From Thermoprotei archaeon (GTDB lineage: Archaea; Thermoproteota; Thermoprotei; Thermoproteales; B15-G16), in assembly GCA_003649205.1 (NCBI GenBank), contig QMRC01000003.1, positions 96,001 to 160,000 of the forward strand: DNA of 64,000 bases, in the 5' to 3' direction. The position numbers and the translations under genes were made by a program. This document shows positions 11,401 to 20,086 of this stretch, one piece after another. Each line of letters begins with the position of its first letter. Position 1 is the stretch's first letter. Below the pieces are notes generated by a model that made no database searches, was not told the origin of the DNA, and saw only the letters and a list, made by a program, of their open reading frames with translations.

Positions 11401-11601
11401 GTACCTGAGTTAGAGCTTTCACTAGAGCCAAGTATAGAGACGGTACATAGCGTACTCACGAAGCTCACACAGGAGAGGAGAAGCGAATTAACACGGAATG
11501 AACGAGAACTAGTGGAGAGATATCTTGCTAATAGGGTGAAGGCACTGTACGTACTGTACCTACTCGCTGATAGCTTACTGTCTAGCAAGCAGAGTGGTTA
11601 A
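8407..11601 (+). CDS. SF2 helicase, Hrq1/MrfA/SftH-like, with extended C-terminus
   Basis: YRHQWEA Q motif, GTGSGKT, YPTLALANDQ, DELD, TAT, TLTQGIDIG, QREGRKGR. Confidence 0.85.
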   Translation: MSSTFISLIEQLYCGDYLVHVVRSEAFLRELGYSFSTYVTEGEEPERVDVKFCDLVHELSSCPETRELAYERLYRHQWEALNYLEQGYNVILKSGTGSGKTEAWVMYFLRRAKEGGLRAIALYPTLALANDQIRRIERYARAVGIKVLQLDAPRRDELIKKLGSHGLRREVSTANLVITNPAYLLHEVKKLVLNPSRPYLYHFFRKLDLVVIDELDFYGPRSLALLLAMLRVISMFSEVKPQVVILTATLANPDDIGQYLREVTGRDYRVVEGKPFHVKNFTYVVLGKNLEGIWRKLSDLYSKLATRGDIDGEVLEALKDFEKFRRNPHRVLAYLSALGFEVPTLGIDLCEILQRYVEDDGVTLVFTRSIARAEDIARKLKSSLGDKGELVATHHHLVPKKVREEIEERARKGLVKVIVSPRTLTQGIDIGTVVRVVHVGLPEDVREFYQREGRKGRRRDIPFTETLIIPSSRWDWELLTKGSEVLEKWLKLPLEKTLVNPSNDYVKLFLALAKLLSPWMRVPLSDDEVKLLKDLGVLRGEKEINERLIKYIWERINFYEFGPPYGVKRYLSDGTEVKVLEPIGRCDLVERFQVGCIDVANLAMVTDLKLSKRGRSVTAVLEQPLNCINFYESDVLADAYEEYILVKREWGEEPNFLRDVVKGKITSQVHCVVYPPRMGFGLLRKLPNRVVWIITSEKPKIIQVQNRHVVTYSRRAIYVPSLCVGEYRDYTYGILVEVDEREDPVLLRLGLAYITIILRRVLGIPLETILYGVEKVGEKKFIELHEPEASGVLQLLDWSSIRKLVDSYVPDDLDLVLLSQVDEVAYSDFISLNCSWEVVREAAKRVIDYLELRHRLRAVLRGREITIPRPSRGLKLVTFDLLIHELPEERVRFPRYLVAIAYFDGDEVRTVVETCYGTTFVKPPEVLRLLEVELEEYVYYDGYRLLVPGRDVVARELEVVQLKRLVKLVKEHGVDVYEHLRNAGIEPTSVPTIIEELKVPELELSLEPSIETVHSVLTKLTQERRSELTRNERELVERYLANRVKALYVLYLLADSLLSSKQSG

Positions 11602-11670
11602 GTACTGCTACATCAACCTAATGTAAACACTTCAGCTACTTCACCAAATACTATACTACAAATTCACACA

Positions 11671-12618
11671 TTACATTATGTACTGCTCACCGAGGACTCT
11701 GCTCTCACCCACAAGGATTTTGTACATGTAGTTCTTGATGAGGAGTGCTTTACAGAGACTACACAGATCCATAGTCTTTGAGTCAACATCCATTACTGAA
11801 TTGACGTAAGCCATTACACAACGACTATTGGGACAATCAGGTAGTCCAAGGTGGTGGTATACTATGTGCAGAAGCTGCTTCCTTATTCTCTCCCTAGTCA
11901 CTTCCGGTACTTCCTCTGCACCGTAGAAGCTATTGTGTAGTCTAGCTGTTGAGAATACCGCTATAGATGGTTCAATGGGTTTATTCTGAAGGCTAAAGAC
12001 GAAGTTCAGGTTTCCACTGTAGATATCTGCAGAGGTGAACCCTATGAGGAAATCACAACTAATATCTCTCTTCACCTTTTCGAGAGCATCCAAGACGATC
12101 TCAGCTCTATACTGATTCCTACCTGGATCATATGCTTCACTGGGCATCTCCATAGGTTCTAACTCCTTAATTATGAATCTTGGAAATACCTCTTTCACAG
12201 CTGCCATAGCAATCTCTAGGTCTCTCATATCGAAGGGTTTTAGCGGCTTGAATGCTATGGTCCTACTCATGGTCTCTACATAATCTCTAGCTCTCTTCCA
12301 CAAATCATAGTACTTCTCAATCACGGTACTGGGAAGAGCTAGGTGTTCTAGGTATGGTCTAGGGTCTTCACACGAAGTAATATCCACGAATACTACGTTA
12401 CCTGACTCATCCTCAAAAACTATTACATAAACATGTTTAGCAGGATCTGTAAGTACTTTGTATCTGTACCTGTATGTATGAAGAGACATGTCAACTATCT
12501 TCAGTACATTATTGAGATACCAGATAATTTCACTGAACTTTAGCACCTTACTTAACTTCTTATAGATGTGGGATGGTTCAATAGCTGGTATTGACAAGGT
12601 AGATCCCTCACACATCAC
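11671..12618 (-). CDS. Archaemetzincin (M54)-like protein with N-terminal extension and degenerate active site
   Basis: RNQYRA, DIYSGNLNFVF, CPNSRCVM and LCSLC; zinc motif reads HIVYHHLGLPD. Confidence 0.75.
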   Translation of the reverse strand: MMCEGSTLSIPAIEPSHIYKKLSKVLKFSEIIWYLNNVLKIVDMSLHTYRYRYKVLTDPAKHVYVIVFEDESGNVVFVDITSCEDPRPYLEHLALPSTVIEKYYDLWKRARDYVETMSRTIAFKPLKPFDMRDLEIAMAAVKEVFPRFIIKELEPMEMPSEAYDPGRNQYRAEIVLDALEKVKRDISCDFLIGFTSADIYSGNLNFVFSLQNKPIEPSIAVFSTARLHNSFYGAEEVPEVTRERIRKQLLHIVYHHLGLPDCPNSRCVMAYVNSVMDVDSKTMDLCSLCKALLIKNYMYKILVGESRVLGEQYIM

Positions 12619-12683
12619 CAGAAGAGTTAGTGGGTTACTCTTGAACTATTCCCTCATTCACATAGTTAGCTGTAGTACATAGA

Positions 12684-12691
12684 TTTATAAA
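12684..12691 (+). promoter_or_regulatory. TATA box of the RNase P RNA gene
   Basis: TTTATAAA about 25 nt upstream of the structured RNA. Confidence 0.7.
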
Positions 12692-12712
12692 TCCTAAGTA
12701 ACTACTCAATCT

Positions 12713-13051
12713 GGGCGCCCTAGGGCCGGTAGCGGGCGTCGGGGGGCTCCGGCGACGGGCCCCCTGAGGAAGCTCCACCAGGTAGCGGGGGCCGTGGCGG
12801 CGTAAGCCGCCGGGGGAAATCTCCGGGATAGGGTACAGAAACGAGACCCCTCCCACTGGATGTGGATGAGGTGGGATGGACCGCGGTAACGCGGTCCTAA
12901 CCACTGACAATGGTGGGAGGAGGGTGAGACGACCAGCCCACGGCAAAAGGGCCAAATAGGGGCCGATGAGGTCCCCGCACGAAGGCCCGGGTGGGCCCTG
13001 AGACTAATCCCGCAAGACAGAAGGTGGGCTACTACCGGCCCTAGGGCGCTC
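12713..13051 (+). ncRNA. rnpB: RNase P RNA (archaeal)
   Basis: GC-rich island; terminal helix GGGCGCCCTAGGGCCGGTAG/CTACCGGCCCTAGGGCGCTC; GAGGAAGCTCCAC and ACAGAAGGTGGGCT P4 motifs. Confidence 0.95.
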
Positions 13052-13074
13052 AAATTAGTACTTCGTGATAACTC

Positions 13075-13626
13075 ATGATCAAGATATACGTCCTAGATTG
13101 GAGGCATTGTGATCCAGGTAAGTGCACAGGGATTAAGTTAGCGAGGAAAGGTCTAGCAGAGCGAGTATTCTCGGTACATGATTACCCTCCGAGAGCTATA
13201 GTACTCAATCCATATGCTAGGACTGTGTTGACGCCAAGTGATGTATCTATAGCTGAGAAGTACGGTATTGTTGTAGTTGATTGCTCCTGGAAAAGAGCAG
13301 AAGAGGTGTTTAAGAGAAGGTTGAGAGGTGTGCATAGGAGGTTGCCGCTCCTCTTCGCTGCTAATCCGGTGAACTACGCTAAACCGTATAGGCTCAGTAG
13401 TGTTGAGGCTATTGCAGCTGCTCTCTACATTCTTGGGTATAGAGAGCTCGCTGAGAGAGTGCTGTCGTTGTTTAAGTGGGGTCTTCACTTCATTGAGTTG
13501 AATAGGGAGTTACTAGATGAGTATGCTCGTGGTAACTTAAGTGCTGAGGATGAGATTCTGAAGAAATTGATGTCTGTAGATCGTAGTGGAGATTATGGAG
13601 AGATTGAGGATTCACATAGGTCTTGA
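13075..13626 (+). CDS. tsr3: SSU rRNA aminocarboxypropyltransferase Tsr3 (DUF367)
   Basis: HCDPGKCTG, DCSW, RRLPLLFAANPVNY, LSSVEA, FKWG. Confidence 0.93.
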   Translation: MIKIYVLDWRHCDPGKCTGIKLARKGLAERVFSVHDYPPRAIVLNPYARTVLTPSDVSIAEKYGIVVVDCSWKRAEEVFKRRLRGVHRRLPLLFAANPVNYAKPYRLSSVEAIAAALYILGYRELAERVLSLFKWGLHFIELNRELLDEYARGNLSAEDEILKKLMSVDRSGDYGEIEDSHRS

Positions 13627-14941
13627 TGATACTGATTCTCCTAGAGCTGGTTGTACGACCTATGTAGCTCTCAATTTATGTCGTAGGTTAGTGGATATTG
13701 GCGTTGTATTTGCTGAGGTTCCTAGGTTAGTTAGGTTGAATCCGAATATTCCTTGGAAGACTAGAGGTAATGGTGCTGTTGCTCTTACGGTAGAGGTTGA
13801 GCCAGGTGATCTCGATAGGGTAGTTGATGTTGTTGATGGGGCTCTTCGCGAGTTCTCGGATGTTGAACATGGTAAGTCTGCTCCTACTGCTGTTCTCATT
13901 CCCGATCCAGTTCCTGAGGATGTTAAGTGGTTATACCGTAGGGCGCTGTACACTGTTGTTCCGCTTAGTGTTGTTGAGAGGATCTTGAGTAGAGTTCCTA
14001 TACGTGTTGTATCCGTCAAGAGGGGTAAGTTGAGAGGGTTAATCGGTGCTTTAGCTGCTGTTGGTGCGTACGATATGGAGGACTTTACCTATGAGTTCCT
14101 TGTATACCGTAGTCCTGAGAATTGGGGTCTTGAGAGGAAAGTCGTGTTTGAGTCTGTTCTCGAGTTTGATGAGGTTACTAAGTTTCTGACGTTCAATAAT
14201 GTTGATGAGGAGGGTGAAAGAGTGCTGATTACTCCTCATGGTCCTGATCCTGTTCTCTATGGTGTTAGAGGTGAGGATCCTCTAGTGCTGATTCACTCCC
14301 TGAAGTACATACGTGTTGAGGAGGAGGTATATGGTTGGTGTCTCTTTAGGACTAATCAAGGTACTGATGCTCATCTCTGTAACCTAACTACCTCAGTACA
14401 TCCCTACGACTCCATTACAGTACGTGGAGTAGTAATTGATGTACCGAGGGTACTACCTGGATCTCACGTTATTCTCAAGGTAGCTGTAGATGGTCGCGTT
14501 GTTGAGTGTTCTGTATATCGGGAGACAGGTATCTTGAGGAGTATGGCGCTCAAGTTACGTCCAGGTGATGTGGTGTATGTTATGGGTGGTGTGAGACCAC
14601 TACCTGGTGGTAAGTTGACTTTAAATGTCGAGAAGATCATCGTTGAGAAGTCTACTCCTAGGGTTGTTGAGGGTAATGTACCATGTCCACGATGTGGTAA
14701 GACAATGACCTCTCTTGGTGCTAGAGGTGGTGTTAAGTGTCGTAGATGTGGCTTCAGAATCAGCAGCATCAAGATCAAGTCTCTCAATTACGTTGGTGAT
14801 GAGGTATGTGGTACGTGGGTAGCAAGTAAGAGAGCACATAGACACTTAACTAAGCCACTGGAGCGATCTGGGTTGGAGCACCCGTGGATACACCACTGTC
14901 CTGTCGTTAAGTGGTTTTGTATATTAGATAAGGTTTATTAG
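13595..14941 (+). CDS. tiaS: tRNA(Ile2) 2-agmatinylcytidine synthetase
   Basis: IGLDDTDS, CTTY, RLNPNIPWKTRGNG, PHGPDPVLYGVRG, TNQGTD, C-terminal CPRC/CRRC. Confidence 0.95.
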   Translation: MERLRIHIGLDDTDSPRAGCTTYVALNLCRRLVDIGVVFAEVPRLVRLNPNIPWKTRGNGAVALTVEVEPGDLDRVVDVVDGALREFSDVEHGKSAPTAVLIPDPVPEDVKWLYRRALYTVVPLSVVERILSRVPIRVVSVKRGKLRGLIGALAAVGAYDMEDFTYEFLVYRSPENWGLERKVVFESVLEFDEVTKFLTFNNVDEEGERVLITPHGPDPVLYGVRGEDPLVLIHSLKYIRVEEEVYGWCLFRTNQGTDAHLCNLTTSVHPYDSITVRGVVIDVPRVLPGSHVILKVAVDGRVVECSVYRETGILRSMALKLRPGDVVYVMGGVRPLPGGKLTLNVEKIIVEKSTPRVVEGNVPCPRCGKTMTSLGARGGVKCRRCGFRISSIKIKSLNYVGDEVCGTWVASKRAHRHLTKPLERSGLEHPWIHHCPVVKWFCILDKVY

Positions 14942-14985
14942 GTACTCACATTACGACATTGAGCAAGCTCTGAAGGGTAACTGCG

Positions 14986-16251
14986 ATGGTTAAGCTAAAG
15001 ATACTTGGTTCAGGTAGGGAAGTCGGTAGAACAGCTATACTACTTGAGTCACGTAGTGGTGAGAAGCTACTTCTCGACTACGGTGTTGGCTTTGACGAAA
15101 ATGATAGACCAGTATTTCCACTGCACGTAGCACCAAAAGAGCTAAAAGGTATTGTACTATCTCATGCTCACCTCGATCACTGTGGTGCAATACCACTACT
15201 CTACACAACGTACTCACTACCACTCTATACCACGAGCTTAACTGCAGAATTAAGCAATTTACTACTGAATGACATGTTGAAGATCTCTGGTTACTACCTA
15301 CCATACGAGGATGTTGAGATAAGAAAAATGATGAGGAACGTACAAGCTATTGAGTACGGCGAATCACTTGAGCTAGGTAGTTTCCGCATAACCTTCCTAA
15401 ATGCTGGTCACATACCAGGTAGCATAATGACTGTGATAGAGGTCGATGACAAGAGGATACTGTACACAGGAGACTTCAACACGGTATCGACGGAATTGCT
15501 CAGGGGTGCAGATGTGTACAGTGTAGGGAAGGTAGATGTCGTGATCATGGAGGCAACGTACGCACTCTACAATCATCCAAGGAGGGAAGATGTGAGGAGA
15601 AAGTTCGTTAGAACAGTGCTGGAGGTCCTTAATGAAGGTGGTAAGGTACTGGTACCAGCATTCTCCGTAGGTAGAGCACAAGAGATAATGTTTGTGTGTG
15701 CTGAAGAGATCCCAGAGTACCCGATATACGTCGATGGAATGGCTAGGCAAGCTGCGGAGATTCTAGCTAAGTACCCACGATATCTTAGGGACTACAGGAG
15801 ATATATGGATGTGCTTGAGAGAGTTGAGCAGGTTAACGGATGGGATATGAGGAAGAGGATACTCAAGAAACCCTGCGTAATAATATCACCAGCAGGTATG
15901 CTCAAAGGTGGTGCAGCACTATTCTACCTAAAGAAGCTGTACAGTGATCCACGTAATGCAGTAATCTTCGTTAGTTACCAATCACCTACTACACCTGGCT
16001 TCAGAATACTTGAGGAAGGTACCTTTGAGCTAGGTGCTGAGAAGCTTAGAGTAGAGGCTAGAGTGGAGTGGTTTGACTTCTCATCACATTGCGGTAGAAG
16101 GGAACTAATTAATTTCGTTAAGAGATTTAGTGATGCTAAGATCGTGCTGGTACATACAGAGCCTGAAGGTGGTGTGAAGTTTGCTGAGTACCTCAGGGAA
16201 ATGAACTTCGATGTGGAGGTACCAGAGATAGGCCACGAAGAAGATTTATAA
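14986..16251 (+). CDS. beta-CASP metallo-beta-lactamase RNase (aCPSF2-like)
   Basis: GREVGR, SHAHLDHCG, AGHIPGS, YTGD, FSSHC; no KH domains. Confidence 0.9.
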   Translation: MVKLKILGSGREVGRTAILLESRSGEKLLLDYGVGFDENDRPVFPLHVAPKELKGIVLSHAHLDHCGAIPLLYTTYSLPLYTTSLTAELSNLLLNDMLKISGYYLPYEDVEIRKMMRNVQAIEYGESLELGSFRITFLNAGHIPGSIMTVIEVDDKRILYTGDFNTVSTELLRGADVYSVGKVDVVIMEATYALYNHPRREDVRRKFVRTVLEVLNEGGKVLVPAFSVGRAQEIMFVCAEEIPEYPIYVDGMARQAAEILAKYPRYLRDYRRYMDVLERVEQVNGWDMRKRILKKPCVIISPAGMLKGGAALFYLKKLYSDPRNAVIFVSYQSPTTPGFRILEEGTFELGAEKLRVEARVEWFDFSSHCGRRELINFVKRFSDAKIVLVHTEPEGGVKFAEYLREMNFDVEVPEIGHEEDL

Positions 16252-16282
16252 TTCAGTACCCTAGAGGTCGTGGTTAGGGATT

Positions 16283-16489
16283 ATGCCGAAGGAAATATTC
16301 AATATTGATGAGTTCATTAGATTAGCTCAGTACGCAAGGGAATGCCGTGTTAAGAGACTTGAGGATGAGGGTATAGTTAAGCTTAAGCTCAGATTGAAGA
16401 GGTACCTCTATACAATTAAGCTAGACCCAAAGACTGCTGAAGAGATATTGAAGAAGATAAAGGATAAGTGCCCAGTTAGAGAAGTCTAG
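16283..16489 (+). CDS. rpl38e: Ribosomal protein eL38
   Basis: MPKEI..IDEF...VKLKLRLKRYLYT matches L38e; TTTATAA about 35 nt upstream. Confidence 0.85.
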   Translation: MPKEIFNIDEFIRLAQYARECRVKRLEDEGIVKLKLRLKRYLYTIKLDPKTAEEILKKIKDKCPVREV

Positions 16490-17217
16490 CAAGTACCGTA
16501 CCTGAGAACCAAACCCGTAAAACCTACTCTGTACGAAGGTAGTTTCTCACGGAAGTACTCAGTAGCTACATCACCGGTACAATGAATAGCGTAGACCTCA
16601 TCAATACTATACTGCTCAAACGTATTCACTACCTTTCTCAACCTATCTTCAGATGCATCGAGTAGGTGCATACCACCAATAACAACTCTAAGCCTTTTTG
16701 CAATCCCATGTGCAGTCTCAACAATACGTTCAATACCTGGATGTGAGCAACCTACAAGCAGTACACCACCGAAGTTCTTGACAGTGACTACCATAGATAG
16801 CTCATCAATGAAGTTCCCCAACAGGAATACAGTAGTACCTTGAGCAACTTCAGTACGTGAATCAACTCTGGTAACTATAAATCCATGTCTTTGCAGCCAT
16901 TCGCCTAGATCGATTGCTGATGATGGGATGAATACGTTGCACCTAGTACCGGACTCAGCTAAGTATCTTAAACCACCGACGTGATCCCAATGGTCGTGAG
17001 AGATAACTATGAAGCTTAGTGACTTAGGATCGATACCGAGGACATCCATGTTGTGCTGAAGGGTATAGGGGTCGGGACCTGTATCGAAGAGCCCTACGTA
17101 GCTATCTGTCTTCAATAGTATGGAAAGACCCCATGCAGAGCGTAATTCCTCACGTCCTGGAGTGTTATCGACTAGAACTAGTAGCTCTAGTGACTTAACA
17201 CCATTTAGCTCTCCCAT
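16486..17217 (-). CDS. MBL-fold hydrolase (COG1237 type)
   Basis: LVDN, WGLS, FDTG, SHDHWDHVGG, GCSHPG, GGMHL, HCTG. Confidence 0.85.
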   Translation of the reverse strand: MGELNGVKSLELLVLVDNTPGREELRSAWGLSILLKTDSYVGLFDTGPDPYTLQHNMDVLGIDPKSLSFIVISHDHWDHVGGLRYLAESGTRCNVFIPSSAIDLGEWLQRHGFIVTRVDSRTEVAQGTTVFLLGNFIDELSMVVTVKNFGGVLLVGCSHPGIERIVETAHGIAKRLRVVIGGMHLLDASEDRLRKVVNTFEQYSIDEVYAIHCTGDVATEYFREKLPSYRVGFTGLVLRYGTC

Positions 17218-17313
17218 AGTCTAGTGAACTGTGGCTAAGTCTAAAAACCTTAGCCTAATAGGGATTGGTAAGTTAGTACGTTTTTAAGCTGAAGTAGAGC
17301 TAATGAACGTGAA

Positions 17314-19032
17314 ATGGTTGGGAAGTTAGTTGAGAAGGTAGTTATAATCGATGGTTATGTGGATACTCCAGCAGGACTTGGTGTACCACCGTACCTAGAT
17401 GTCTTCCCAAGGTATGTAGCAGGAGCTGTATGGTCAGTAAATCCCTCTGCACAGGTACTGTACTTCACCGTTGACTACGTTAGGGCACACTTCAGTGAGG
17501 TCATGAAGATATGCAATGAATCAGATCTAGTGGTGTTCATAGCTGGTGTCATAGTTCCAGGTAAGTACTTAGGTGGCGAACCAATTAAGGAAGAGGAATT
17601 AACTCTATGGCCACAGTTAATGAGGAAGCCTATTAAGGTTCTCGGTGGTCCTGTTGCTAGGTTTGGTCTTGGTGGTGTTGGTGGTGAAATAGCTACTCCA
17701 CCAGAGTACTTCAGTAAGTACTTTGACTTAGTGGTTCCAGGTGATATCGAGGTTGTTGTGCATGACCTAGTTAGGGAGGGTCTTAGAGTTGATTACGTTG
17801 ATCCACATAGGTTGAGGGAGAGCTATCGAGAAATACGTGAATTCGCTATCAAGGGTGCGAGGATAGTTACTCAGCACCCGAACTATGGTAAGAACCTGAT
17901 TTGTGAGATCGAGACATATAGAGGGTGTCCAAGGTACATAACTGGCGGCTGTTCATTCTGTATTGAACCACTTTGGGGTTGTGTTAAGTTTAGAGATGTA
18001 GAGGATGTTGTTGAGGAAATTAGAGCACTGTACGAATGGGGTGTTAGGTGCTTTAGGATTGGTCGGCAACCAGATCTCTACGCTTACTGGGCTAAGGATA
18101 CAGGCGTTGAGGAGTTCCCTAAACCTAGACCTGAAGTTATTGAGAGATTATTTCGTGGTATAAGGAATGTTGCTCCAGAACTCGAGACTCTACACATAGA
18201 TAATGTTAATCCGGGTACAGTCTATCATCATCCAAGAGAAGCGAGAGAAATAACCAAGATAATAATCAAGTACCACACACCAGGTGATGTAGCTGCCTTC
18301 GGTATTGAGAGTGCTGACCCAAGAGTTGTTAGGTTGAATAACCTTAAGGTAATGCCCGATGAAGCTCTTGAGGCAATTAGGATAATATGTGAAGTTGGTT
18401 CTGTACGTGGTTGGAATGGGTTACCTGAACTACTACCTGGAGTAAACTTCGTCTGTGGATTAATAGGTGAAACAAAAGAAACGTACTACCTCAACTACAT
18501 ATTCCTAAAGAAGGTACTTGAGCTAGGTTACCTCATTAGGAGAGTAAACATTAGACAGGTACTCGTACTACCGTGTACTCGAATGGCTAGCGTAGGTACC
18601 TCAATAATTAGGAGACATTGGAACTACTTTCAAAGCTTCAAGAGGAAGGTACGTAAGGAAATAGACTTACCCATGCTCAGGAAAGTAGTTCCCAAGGGTA
18701 CCGTACTGAAGAGAGCATTTACAGAAGCTCACTACGGTGGTGGTACATATGCTAGACAAGTAGGCACATACCCCCTACTCATATGGTGTCCCATGAGGTT
18801 AGAGCTAGGTAAGTACATGGACTTCCTAGTGGTTGACCATGGATTTAGATCTGTAGTTGCTGTACCGTACCCCCTTGACGTGAATTCAGCTCCCCTCAAG
18901 GTACTGAAGCTGATTCCAGGTATGACTGAAGACAAGGTAAGGAAGATCATGAGGATGAGACCATTTAAATCGGTAAGTGAGCTAAGTGAAGTAGTTGGCG
19001 AATTAGCTAAGTACTTTACGGTCAAAAACTAG
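17314..19032 (+). CDS. Radical SAM protein with C-terminal helix-hairpin-helix (COG1031 type)
   Basis: DGYVDTPAGLGVPPY, CPRYITGGCSFC, RQVGTYP, DVNSA...LIPGM. Confidence 0.85.
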   Translation: MVGKLVEKVVIIDGYVDTPAGLGVPPYLDVFPRYVAGAVWSVNPSAQVLYFTVDYVRAHFSEVMKICNESDLVVFIAGVIVPGKYLGGEPIKEEELTLWPQLMRKPIKVLGGPVARFGLGGVGGEIATPPEYFSKYFDLVVPGDIEVVVHDLVREGLRVDYVDPHRLRESYREIREFAIKGARIVTQHPNYGKNLICEIETYRGCPRYITGGCSFCIEPLWGCVKFRDVEDVVEEIRALYEWGVRCFRIGRQPDLYAYWAKDTGVEEFPKPRPEVIERLFRGIRNVAPELETLHIDNVNPGTVYHHPREAREITKIIIKYHTPGDVAAFGIESADPRVVRLNNLKVMPDEALEAIRIICEVGSVRGWNGLPELLPGVNFVCGLIGETKETYYLNYIFLKKVLELGYLIRRVNIRQVLVLPCTRMASVGTSIIRRHWNYFQSFKRKVRKEIDLPMLRKVVPKGTVLKRAFTEAHYGGGTYARQVGTYPLLIWCPMRLELGKYMDFLVVDHGFRSVVAVPYPLDVNSAPLKVLKLIPGMTEDKVRKIMRMRPFKSVSELSEVVGELAKYFTVKN

Positions 19033-19316
19033 ATCCATACAAATACTTTTAGCAGAGACACCAAGAGAGCAACCACTAGAAAGGTTACTAATGACCAGAA
19101 ACCGCTCTTAGTGAAGACGTAAACTAGGAACGCAGCGAATATTGCCGGCAGCAGTATGATTATCAGCTTGCTCAGTAACAGAAATACGAGTAGAGCGAGT
19201 ACTATAGCTAGTACGAAGAGTAGTATCATCAGCACGAAATTTACTACACCCTTTTGCTCTAGCTTCCTCAGTAAGTACCTTCTGTAGTGTAGTGCTAGAA
19301 GGTATCTGGTTTGCAT
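19029..19316 (-). CDS. Small membrane protein
   Basis: Very hydrophobic; real start probably near 19247. Confidence 0.6.
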   Translation of the reverse strand: MQTRYLLALHYRRYLLRKLEQKGVVNFVLMILLFVLAIVLALLVFLLLSKLIIILLPAIFAAFLVYVFTKSGFWSLVTFLVVALLVSLLKVFVWI

Positions 19317-19888
19317 ATTATTCTCCTCACTTTTAAGTCAAAGAAGTTGCTCGTAGTAGCTGGTTTTATGTGTAGTGCTGTGTCTGCACCGTGACCTGTA
19401 CCAGCAATAGCAATAACATCTTCATCCAGTGGTATTAGACCTGCATCTGCAGCCATCAATGTTATCTCAATAGCCACCTTAACACCTTCTCCGAATAATC
19501 TCCTCAGAGCTAAAGCTATCAACTCAACGGGTAGCCAAATATTGAGAGCTTGCCTAATACCTCTCTCAACACCAGCAAAAGCATGAACACAGGTTAAGAC
19601 CTTAGCCCCCCTCCTCTCAAGCTCCCTCCTAACGTCCTCACTCATCTCTTGATAACCAGGCTTAATGAAACCAGTAGCATGAGTTACGATAACTAGGTTG
19701 AAACCTTTAAAGACCTCAGTAGCTAGTAGACCAGTCCTTCCCGTTGTCGAAGCAACAACCACATTACGAATACCGTACCTCTCTGCGTACTCCTTAGCTA
19801 CTCTAAGCGTCTTCTCTGTATTTTCAGGACCTGGCCTAGAGAAGTAGGTTGTCATAATCTCGGTAACAGTACTCACGGAGATCCCCAT
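19295..19888 (-). CDS. Stand-alone pyruvate-kinase C-terminal-like domain protein (COG1751)
   Basis: YFSRPGPENT, VVASTTG, GVKVAIEITLMAADAG, GTGHGADTA. Confidence 0.85.
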   Translation of the reverse strand: MGISVSTVTEIMTTYFSRPGPENTEKTLRVAKEYAERYGIRNVVVASTTGRTGLLATEVFKGFNLVIVTHATGFIKPGYQEMSEDVRRELERRGAKVLTCVHAFAGVERGIRQALNIWLPVELIALALRRLFGEGVKVAIEITLMAADAGLIPLDEDVIAIAGTGHGADTALHIKPATTSNFFDLKVRRIICKPDTF

Positions 19889-19938
19889 AGCTCTAACTCG
19901 GTGAGGAATAAAAACATCTAGGTAAGTATGTGGGAACG

Positions 19939-19987
19939 GTGATGAGGGGCCATCTAGCAGATTAGTGAAGAAACCAGCTATCGCTGA
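19939..19987 (+). ncRNA. Box C/D methylation guide sRNA
   Basis: C GTGATGA, 12-nt guide, D' CAGA, C' GTGAAGA, 12-nt guide AACCAGCTATCG, D CTGA; intergenic. Confidence 0.85.
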
Positions 19988-20086
19988 AGCCTATCAGAGT
20001 GTGTGACAGCAATACAGTAACAATACCTAACCGTATGAAAACGTTAACTTAATAACTCCCCAAATCTCTAGATCGGTAAGGGTTTT

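Noticed and set aside
12635-13053. ORFs 12635..12955 and 12706..13053 (-)
   Set aside because: Shadows of the GC-rich RNase P RNA on the opposite strand
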